A DNA stretch of 64,000 bases from Dendrobates tinctorius. Its lineage: Eukaryota. The notes beneath the pieces were generated by a model that saw nothing but the letters and a program-made list of their open reading frames with translations, made no database searches and was not told the origin of the DNA. Position 1 is the first letter of the stretch; every line of letters begins with the position of its first letter. Where the stretch lies: assembly GCF_039654945.1 (NCBI RefSeq), contig NW_027361677.1, positions 21,700,001-21,764,000 of the forward strand, read 5' to 3'. The position numbers and the translations under genes were made by a program. Shown here piece after piece: positions 39,440 to 49,800 of the stretch.

Positions 39440-39740
39440 CTATTATACACAGGAGAGCTGTACTTAGCATGTAGTGTGTGTACAGGTAATACAGTGATCA
39501 CCGGTGACATGCACAGGACCTCTGTATATAGTGCCAGTGTACAGGTAATAGTGATCACTGGTGACATTGTACAAAGGCACTCTGTATATAGTGTACAGGT
39601 AATACAGTGACCACTGGTGACATTATACACAGGAGCTATGTATATAGTGTCAGTGTACAGATGGCACAGTGATCACTGGTGACATTTTACAAAGGCACTC
39701 TGTATATAGTGTATAGTGTCAGTGTACAGGTAACACACTG
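39440..39740. repeat. ~60 bp tandem repeat
   Basis: TATAGTGTCAGTGTACAGGTAATACAGTGATCACTGGTGACAT repeated ~5 times. Confidence 0.8.
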
Positions 39741-40189
39741 ACTCACCATTGACGTCTCTAGGTGAAATCCTTCATCTTTGTTTTTCATCTTTCATCCAGC
39801 ACACACCGCCATCACGTCATCCAGCCAGGGCTCGTCTCTGCAGGAAATAACGCAGTTATCTAGAGCTCTGCTTGCAGAACACATTACTTATTTTTTTCCC
39901 AACTTCTACACTACACCAGATGAAGAAAAAAAGGTGAGTGTCGCTCTGCACAGTAACAGAACCGCCCCCCATTTAAAACAGTATCCTCAAAAAAATAAAA
40001 TACATCACTGCAGTAATATCCCTTAATTAGCCCCTATGGTAATAATATCCCCCATCCTGACCCCCGTGTGTCTCATTCCTGGCTTCAGCCATATTTTCTC
40101 TCATCCTGCCCTCATGAGTATCCATTCTGCCCCCATATGATCTCCCGATCCTGCCCCGTCTACATCGTATCCATCATGCCCCATGATCC

Positions 40190-41130
40190 TGCACCATGTG
40201 TCTCCCATCCTGCCCCGTGTCTCACATTCTTCCCCGTCCTGTGTCTTACTGTCACATTCTGCCCCGTGCCTCACATTCTGCCTCCTCCTGTGTCTGTCAC
40301 ATTCTGCCCCCTCCCGTGTCTCACTGTCACATTCTGCCCCGTGTCTCACATTCTGCCCCCTCCTGTGTCATTGTCGCATTCTGCCCCCTCCTGTCTCACT
40401 GTCACATTCTGCCCCCTCCTGTGTCTTACTGTCACATTCTGCCCCCACCTGTGTCTCACTTGTCGCATTCTCCCCCCTCCTGTGTCACATTCTGCCCCCT
40501 CCTGTGTCTTACTGTCACATTCTGCCCCCTCCTGTGTCTCACTTGTCGCATTCTGCCCCCTCCTGTGTCTTACTGTCACATTCTGCCCCCTCCTGTGTCT
40601 CACTGTCACATTCTGCCCCATGTCCATTCTGCCCCCGTGTCTCACATTCTGCCCCCTCCTGTGTAATTACTGTCACATTCTGCCGCCTCCTGTGTCTCAC
40701 TGTCGCATTCTGCCCCCTACTGTGTCTGTCGCATTCTGCCCCCTCCTGTGTCTTACTATCACATTCTGCCCCCTCCTGTGTCTTACTGTCACATTCTGCC
40801 CCCTCCTGTGTCTTACTGTCACATTCTTCCCCATGTCCATTCTGCCCCCGTGTCTCACATTCTGCCCCCTCCTGTGTCTCACTGTCGCATTCTGCACCCT
40901 CCTGTGTCTCACTGTCACATTCTGCCCCCTCCTGTGTCTCAATGTCACATTCTGCCCCCATGACTCGCATTCTGCCCCCTCCTGTGTCTCACTGTCACAT
41001 TCTGCCCCCTGCTGTGTCTTACTGTCACATTCTGCCATTGTCTTGCATTATGCCCCATGTCTGCATTCTGCCCCCATCATGTCTTGCATTCTGCCCCCAT
41101 CATGTCTTGCATTCTGCCCCCATTTTTCCA
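40190..41130. repeat. ~30 bp minisatellite
   Basis: Unit CACATTCTGCCCCCTCCTGTGTCTCACTGT. Confidence 0.93.
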
Positions 41131-42772
41131 TATTTGCCCCTGTGTGTCTCCAATCCTGCCCCCGAGTCTCCATTCTGCCAGGGAAACATTTTTTGCCCCT
41201 TTCAATAATAAAATAAAATAAAAACTTTTTTCTTACCTGGCCACGCTCCTGTGCTGAAGATGGAGCTGCAGCTGTGTGAGCTGAAAGGACCTGTGGTGAC
41301 GTCATCACCGTGTGATCAGGGGGCGGGCTGATCAATGGTGAAGGCCTGTGGTAATGATGACGTCACCACAGGTCCTTCAGCTCTTCTGTAGCTCTGATGT
41401 CGGCCGCTGTGGCGGCTCAGCTGATGTGTGCTCTGCAGGCTCGGCGCAGCGCACACTTGGGGACCACCTGGCGCCCCATGACACGCAGCACTTGGGGCCC
41501 GATGACTGGAAGCACAGAAGCGGGGCCCCTTCTGTACTGCTGTTCACGGGGCCCCATACAGCAGTAAGGGCTGTCATGCCCTGATGGCGGCCCTGGATGC
41601 GAGTTCTGTAGAACCAGAGGGATTCGTTTTGTGGAGTTTGCTGTGCAGAAAAAGCTTTGATTGTAGAGTTTCTGCTCCAAAAACTCTGTTAAAAAAATAA
41701 TGAATGTGAACTTAAAAACTGGTCATATCACGTGGCTGAACCCGTCCTCAATGCATTTTTTTAGGCTGCTTTCTTTTTAATAGGACTTAATGCACAAAGA
41801 GCTCATGCTGGGATCAGGTGTTATATGAGCATGCTTGTGTGCTGAGTGACTTCAGTGTGATCGGAAATGCCTGCATGTGTTGCGGCTGTCGGAACAACCA
41901 CAAGACATGAAGCTGCTGGGGCTCGAACGTATTTTTTGAGCACGCTGAAGACACAGGACACGAGCATGCCCAGATAACACCTTATCCCAGCACGCTCGCT
42001 CATCACCAGTGCAGACACTTTTGTAATAAATCTGCCATGTATATATACCCTTATAGCTCCATGTTGTATGCAGCCATAAAAGTGCTGCTGATAGTTGCCT
42101 TTATTTTGCCGCTGATACTTTTTTTACTAGATCTAAAACTTTAGAGACAAATTCTATCTGGATTGTGCGCTTGCTTTCCAAGGTTGTTTTTTTTCTTGCT
42201 GCTTTGCAGAGAGTCTAAAGTTAACTTACTAGTGCACAATTACACAAAGGTCGATGCCATAATTGATCGCAGCGGCTGAAATGCATCGAGTATGTGGCAC
42301 ATATTCCCGAAATCCATTTTTCCAGAAGGCAAAAAAAACAGTTTTTCAAGCTGAAACAATTTTTTTTTCTTTTATCCTGAAGATATTTTTGTTATCCTTT
42401 TCATTAACTTATTCTCAGGCAGTTTGATAACATTTTTGCACGTTTTTCGGGTGCTTATTTAGCAATGATTACAATGCGACCCTTTTTTGGGGGAATCACA
42501 AAACATTCCAAAGAGGCCTTTCCCGGCATTTTATTTTAGGATTCCCGTTGACTTCTATTATATACTATGGAACGTCTTCAGAGCAGAAAACGCCTGAAGA
42601 ACGGACCGGTCCCTTCTTTTAACCACTTGGCTTCTTTGGAAACCTAAAGCAATTATTTTTATTTTTTTTTAGATTGAAATGAATAAGAAGATTTCTTTGG
42701 AGTGTTTCCTTGGAGATTGTTCAGAGCGACCCACTTTGAACCTTCTTGGAATTTTTTTTTTTTGTGTGAATG

Positions 42773-43146
42773 CACACTTAGCGATGTACCAGCGATATGA
42801 CGCGGTCAGGATCGCTGGTACATCGCTAAGTGGTCACTAGTGAGCTGCCACACAGGCAGATCTCACTAGCGACATCGCTGGGGACGGGGATCGCTACTTA
42901 CCTGTCACACCAGGCGATCCTGCGTCCTCCCGCCCGGCTCCACGTGTCGCTCGTCCTCACAGCAGGAAGCGCCGCAGGAAGCTGACGATGAGAAACAGTC
43001 CTGGACGTTCTCGCGCGATCAGCGATAATCAGCGGGGGAGCGGGTCGGAGGTAAGTATCAGACACAGAGATATCGCTAGCAATATCGCTATAACGTCACA
43101 AGTTATAGCGATATTGCTAGCGATATCTCTTAGTGTGACAGGCCCT
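42773..43146. mobile_element. Harbinger-type MITE, same family as 56014-56397, left end clipped
   Basis: Shares CACACTTAGCGATGTAC..GACGCGGTCAGGATCGCTGG..TATCGCTAGCAATATCGCTATAAC..GACAGGCCCT with the other copy. Confidence 0.8.
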
Positions 43147-43847
43147 TTAGACTACTAGATTTAAAAAAAAAAAAAAAAAGCATCATATGAACACAGCCTA
43201 AAAGGGTTCTCCAGGCTCACTGAACGAGAAATGCCATAGAGTAATAAAAGTAGCATTAACTACCTATTACATGGAGTCTATCAGCCCAAACTGCCTTCTA
43301 AAACTACATATCCTTGCAGGGTCTAAGCCCATATATAAAACATGTTGATTCACATGACCGCTGCAGTCAATCACTGGTCACAACAGTTACACCACAGTGA
43401 ATACAACTTGAGGCCATATAATCCAAGGAAAATTGGCGCCATCAAACACATCCAACCACACAAAAAAGGCAGAAATAATAAAAGTACTTTTTTTTAATAA
43501 ATACATATCCCCTATGGAGGGGGATAACTTACAGTCATGGTACAACCCCTTTAAAAGGAAAAAAAATATACTCCTGGCAATCAGTTGACTGCACTCATTT
43601 CTGAAAAGCAACTGAGTGCACCTCATCTCTGACAGATCGCCAGGGCTCGGGCAAGTACCCAAAAGTGCAAGTACTCAATAATTAAGAATTAAAAGACAGA
43701 TTTTACAGAATTTGGATGTACATGCCAGAGTCGTTGTGGCTACAGGTGAAGGCTGAAGTCTGTGCGAGCCTCACATAACATTAAGTAATTGATTGACAGC
43801 AGACAGATCCCTCTCCCCAATGTAGGGTTCATTCACAATAATTGCAG

Positions 43848-46800
43848 TCACGGAGCATCTCCTGCCGGAGGCTCAGACACTGCGGACATGGTCTGTGGAT
43901 CCTCCTTTATATTCATTTTCGCATTCTCTATGGATAGTTGAGATTTTTGCGGCTCGGCTTCAAGTTTGGGAAGGATTTCCGGCTCCTTCTGAGGTAAAAT
44001 ACCCTCCAAGGCTTCATGCAGTAGAATCACATTGATAGAACCCAGACTGCCGTAACGGGAGAGGTGAGTGGGGGCGACGCCTGAGCGGGTAAAAAAAAAA
44101 AAAAAAAATCACAACTAAAATAATCACACTACAATGACTATATAACTATGTAAATATATTACAGATGGCTCAGTTACATCCTGTATTATACTCCAGAGCT
44201 GTAGTCACTTCTGTTGGTGCAGTCACTGTGTACACACATTACATTACTGATCCTGAGTTACATCCTGTATTATACTCCAGAGCTGCACTCACTATTCTGC
44301 TGGTGCAGTCACTGTGTACATACATTACATTACTGATCCTGAGTTACATCCTGTATTATACTCCAGAGCTGCACTCACTATTCTGTTGATGCAGTCACTG
44401 TGTACATACATTACTGATCCTGAGTTACATCCTGTATTATACTCCAGAGCTGTAGTCACTATTCTGTTGATGCAGTCACTGTGTACATACATTACTGATC
44501 CTGAGTTACATCCTGTATTATACTCCAGAGCTGTAGTCACTATTCTGTTGATGCAGTCACTGTGTACATACATTACTGATCCTGAGTTACATCCTGTATT
44601 ATACTCCAGAGCTGTAGTCACTATTCTGTTGATGCAGTCACTGTGTACATACATTACTGATCCTGAGTTACATCCTGTATTATACTCCAGAGCTGTAGTC
44701 ACTATTCTGCTGGTGCAGTCACTGTGTACATACATTACTGATCCTGAGTTACATCCTGTATTATACTCCAGAGCTGCACTCACTATTCTGCTGGTGCAGT
44801 AACTGAGTAAATACTTTACTCATCGTGCACTGAATCTGATACGAGTCAAAATCTTGCTGGGTTCTATTGGAAACAGTCAGCAAGCTTGTTGATAATATTT
44901 CTCAGCTACTTGCTATTCCGCATTCTGGCAGAATTCATTTTCTTATACTCAATTAGATGACAATAATTCTTCTCACTACATCCATCTCTGTGTTCACACT
45001 GAATAAGCAGTTAGTGCAGCCAGAGATCAGCTCATCTCCCTACAGAATTATGAATACTGCTCTGCAGGTAAATAGGACAGGTCCCAAGTTGTACTGTACG
45101 ATCAACACCTATTTTATAACAATTTTTTTTTTTACCAAGTATCTGTGCTCTTTGTGCTGGAGGAAAGAGGACCTGTAAGCAGCGGTTCAGATATGGGGTC
45201 AGGTCCTCCAAGAAGACGGTGCAGAATTGGATAAAGAGTTCACGTTCCTGGGGGCTGAACGCAGCTTCCTCGGCTCGGTGAAACGTCAGGATAGAGTTAA
45301 CGACCTATGAAGGAGACAGAGGGAAAAAAAAACAACATGAAAGGTCCTGCATAACTACAACCACCAGTATGCACCAACTGGTGAAAAATAGTAGTTCTGT
45401 AAAAGCTGGAGATTGACAGGTTCTCTTGACAGCACGTTCTCCTAGTGACTCACTGCCGTAATCTCTGTCTTTAGATGGCTGTTGACAGATCCAACCAGTT
45501 TCACAAGATCAGTAAACAGTCAGTATGTTTGAGAAAATCCATACACTCAGGAGCAAACAATCAAAATTACTGTATGTACCTTTTCCAACGCGTCCTGCAG
45601 TGTGTTGGTCACGTCTTCAGTTAGGGCCACAGGACAGCAAAGTCGCAGGTCATTAAAGGCCACCAGGATGTTGTTAAGAAAGCAGGCTAAGGGTGGGAAG
45701 TCCAAGAGAACCATAGGAGGCTGCAGGGTCCCCGGCTGGGCAGGCGGTGTTGGCACCGGTGGGATGCTTGATCCGAGAACTGTCGTGGTGGAGATTAGCG
45801 TATACATGTTCATCTCCTCCTGGAACTTCTCCACTGCCTCCTTTGCTGCCCGTGCAAAGTTCTCGGCAGCCACCCTCTGAAATATGGGTGCTAACTGCCC
45901 ACGGAAATCAGCGCCCACGCGGCTGAACGAGAGTCCAAAATACATGCACTGCCCTAAGAGAGAGTCCAGGCGACTGCCCACCCCTCTCTGAAGATCACGT
46001 TCTAGCACCTGCAGGAACTCGCTCACTTTCTGCAACACCCATCCATGGAATATGGCGCCTTCGCTGATGGGCAAGGAGCCTGCAGGAGTGGGAGGGAGGA
46101 GAAGGGGGTCTTCATCGGAGAAGATGGCCCGGTACTGGGTGATTACATCAAACAGGTGTACGCGGCAGCTCTCAATGGTCTTGGTGAGATGGAAATAAGG
46201 GTCGTCTTGAGGGATGGAGCTCTGCATGGAGCGGAGCCAGGCGTCCCGGGCCTGCAGGAACTTTATCCGCAACTCTGCTTCAGTGAAGACGTCCATCCTG
46301 CGCAGGAAGCTGATCACCCGCAGGCAGGCGGGCAGCTGGATGTTACTGCGCAGCTGCTGCAGGAGCTGGGTCAGCATCAACTGGGCAGACTGACGGACCT
46401 CGTTCACTATGCCCTACAGAGAAGGAGCACACACAGCGTAAGAGGCAGAAAGTTATGTTCTGGTCACAAGATGTCTGCTTGCTGTCAGTGAACAGATAGG
46501 ATAAACATGAGGTCAGCGCTCACACCTGTATGACAGGGATCGACGAGAACTTCTTCTCCAGCCGCTTCACGTAGGCCGCCAGCTCCAGCGCCTCCTCGTA
46601 GTACCCGTTCCGGACACACGTGTCCATCAGCTGCGGGATCTCCAGGATTTCTAGGATCTCAGTGTGTCGGTTCAGAGTCAGCGTGTTCATCCGCCGGCTG
46701 GAGCTGATCTCCTCCGCCTGCTTCACAAACCCCCTGCAGAGAAGAGCCAGATCATGTAAGGTGCAAAGGAGGAGAAGAGAGAGAGTGCAGGGAAGATGGG

Positions 46801-49800
46801 AGTACTAGTGATATACACAACAGCAGGGGATGGGAGTAGTAGTAACAAGGGTAAGACCCAGACGGGATGACAGCAGAGGAATGGGAGTAGTAGTACAAGA
46901 AGTGACCGCAGCAGGAAGGGCATAGTAATGCCATAAGAGACAGGGTGACGGTACCACTAGTAACAAATGGGAGCAGCGGGGACCCAAGCGACAATAGGAT
47001 GACGTGAGTAATAGTGACAGCAGGATGATTGCAGTAGTGGTGAGATGAGTGTCATGACAAACGGGACGGGGAGTAGTGACGGCAGGATGACGGGAGTAGC
47101 GACGGCAGGGTGACGGGAGCAGCGCTCGCCGGGTGACGGGCGTAGCGACGGCAGGGTGACGGAAGCAGCGCTCGCCGGGTGACGGGCGTAGTGACGGCAG
47201 GGTGACGGGAGCAGCGCTCGCCGGGTGACGGGCGTAGTGACGGCAGGGTGACGGGAGCAGCGCTCGCCGGGTGACGGGCGTAGTGACGGCAGGGTGACAG
47301 GAGCAGCGCTCGCCGGGTGACGGGCGTAGTGACGGCTGGGTGCTGGGAGCAGCGCTCGCCGGGTGACGGGTGTAGTAACGGCTGGGTGCTGGGAGCAGCG
47401 CTCGCCGGGTGACGGGATAGAGCTCGCCGGGAGCAGCGCTCGCTGGGAGCAGTAGTCGCTGGGTGATGGGCGTAGTGACAGCAGGGTGCTGGGAGTAGCG
47501 ACGACTGGGTGACGGGTGCAGCGCTCGCCGGGAGTAGTAGTCACCGGGTGACGGGAGCAGTGGTCGCCGGGTGACGGGAGCAGCGCTCGCCGGGAGTAGT
47601 AGTCGCTGGGTGACGGGCGTAGTGACGGCATGGTGACGGGTGCAGCGGTCGCTGGGTGCTGGGAGTAGCAGCCGCCGGGTGACGGGAGCAGTGCTCGCCG
47701 GGTGCTGGGAGTAGTAGTCGCCGGGTGACGGGAGCAGTGCTCGCTGGGTGCTGGGAGTAGTAGTTGCCGGGTGACGGGAGCAGCGCTCGCCGGGAGTAGT
47801 AGTCGCTGGGTGACGGGAGCAGTGCTCGCTGGGTGCTGGGAGTAGTAGTCGCCGGGTGACGGGAGCAGTGCTCGCTGGGTGCTGGGAGTAGTAGTCGCTG
47901 GGTGACGGGAGCAGCGCTCGCCGGGAGTAGTAGTCGCTGGGTGACGGGAGCAGTGCTCGCTGGGTGCTGGGAGTAGTAGTCGCTGGGTGACGGGAGCAGC
48001 GCTCGCCGGGTGCTGGGAGTAGTAGTCGCTGGGTGACGGGAGCAGCGCTCGCCGGGTGCTGGGAGTAGTAGTCGCTGGGTGACGGGAACAGTAGTCGCTG
48101 GGTGATGGGAGCAGTAGTCGCCGGGTGCTGGGAGTAGTGGCCGCCGGGTGACGGGAACAGTAGTCGCCGGGTGACGGGAGCAGTGCTCGCCGGGAGTAGT
48201 AGTCGCTGGGTGACGGGCGTAGTGACGGCAGGGTGCTGGGAGTAGTGGCCGCCGGGTGACGGGAGCAGCGGTCGCCGGGTGACGGGAGCAGCGGTCGCCG
48301 GGTGACGGGAGCAGCGGTCGCCGGGTGACGGGAGCAGCGGTCGCCGGGTGACGGGAGCAGCGGTCGCCGGGTGACGGGAGCAGCGGTCGCCGGGTGACGG
48401 GAGCAGCGGTCGCCGGGTGACGGGAGCAGCGGTCGCCGGGTGACGGGAGCAGCGGTCGCCGGGTGACGGGAGCAGCGGTCGCCGGGAGTAGTAGTCGCTG
48501 GGTGACGGGCGTAGTGACGGCAGGGTGCTGGGAGTAGTGGCCGCCGGGTGACGGGAGCAGTAGTCGCCGGGTGACGGGAGCAGTAGTCGCCGGGTGACGG
48601 GAGCAGTAGTCGCCGGGTGACGGGAGCAGTAGTCGCCGGGTGACGGGAGCAGTAGTCGCCGGGTGACGGGAGCAGTAGTCGCCGGGTGACGGGAGCAATA
48701 GGTGACGGGAGCAGTAGTCGCCGGGTGACGGGAGCAGTGACGGCAGGGTGCTGGGAGTAGTAGTCGCCGGGTGACGGGAGCAGCGCTCGCCGGGAGTAGT
48801 AGTCGCTGGGTGACAGGCGTAGTGACGGCATGGTGACGGGTGCAGCGGTCGCTGGGTGCTGGGAGTAGCGGCCGCCGGGTGACGGGAGCAGTCGTCGCCG
48901 GGTGACGGGAGCAGTCGTCGCCGGGTGACGGGAGCAGTCGTCGCCGGGAGTAGTAGTCGCTGGGTGACGGGAGCAGTGCTCGCTGGGTGCTGGGATTAGT
49001 AGTCGCTGGGTGACGGGAGCAGTGCTCGCCGGGTGCTGGGAGTAGTGGCCGCCGGGTGACGGGAGCAGTGCTCGCCGGGTGCTGGGAGTAGTAGTCGCCG
49101 GGTGACGGGAGCAGCAGTCGCCGGGTGACGGGAGCAGTGACGGCAGGGTGCTGGGAGTAGCGGCCGCCGGGTGACGGGAGCAGCGGCCGCCGGGTGACGG
49201 GAGCAGCGGCCGCCGGGTGACGGGAGCAGCGGCCGCCGGGTGACGGGAGCAGCGGCCGCCGGGTGACGGGAGCAGCGGCCGCCGGGTGACGGGAGCAGCG
49301 GCCGCCGGGTGACGGGAGCAGCGGCCGCCGGGTGACGGGAGCAGCGGTCGCCGGGTGACGGGAGCAGCGGTCGCCGGGTGACGGGAGCAGCGGTCGCCGG
49401 GTGACGGGAGCAGCGGTCGCCGGGAGCAGCGGTCGCCGGGTGACGGGAGCAGCGGTCGCCGGGTGACGGGAGCAGTGACGGCAGGGTGCTGGGAGTAGTA
49501 GTCGCCGGGAGACGGGAGCAGCGCTCGCTGGGAGTAGTAGTCGCTGGGTGACGGGCGTAGTGACGGCATGGTGACGGGTGCAGCGGTCGCTGGGTGCTGG
49601 GAGTAGCGGCCGCCGGGTGACGGGAGTAGTAGTCGCCGGGTGACGGGAGCAGTGCTCGCTGGGTGCTGGGAGTAGTAGTCGCCGGGTGACGGGAGCAGTA
49701 GTCGCCGGGTGACGGGAGCAGCGCTCGCCGGGAGTAGTAGTCGCTGGGTGACGGGAGCAGCGCTCGCTGGGTGCTGGGAGTAGTAGTCGCCGGGTGACGG

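Larger units (their letters stand above)
37203..41595. mobile_element. Non-autonomous hAT element carrying three tandem arrays, an L2 tail and a solo LTR
   Basis: Perfect 8-bp TSD GATGCGAG (37195-202, 41596-603). TIR CAGGGCTGCCA / TGGCGGCCCTG. Confidence 0.92.

Noticed and set aside
40068-41216. Cys-rich 382/341 aa ORFs
   Set aside because: Translation of a 30-bp minisatellite inside a hAT element.
44165-44800. CRISPR-like appearance of regular repeats (also 37560-39400)
   Set aside because: No unique spacers, no cas genes, and the context is a eukaryotic intron.
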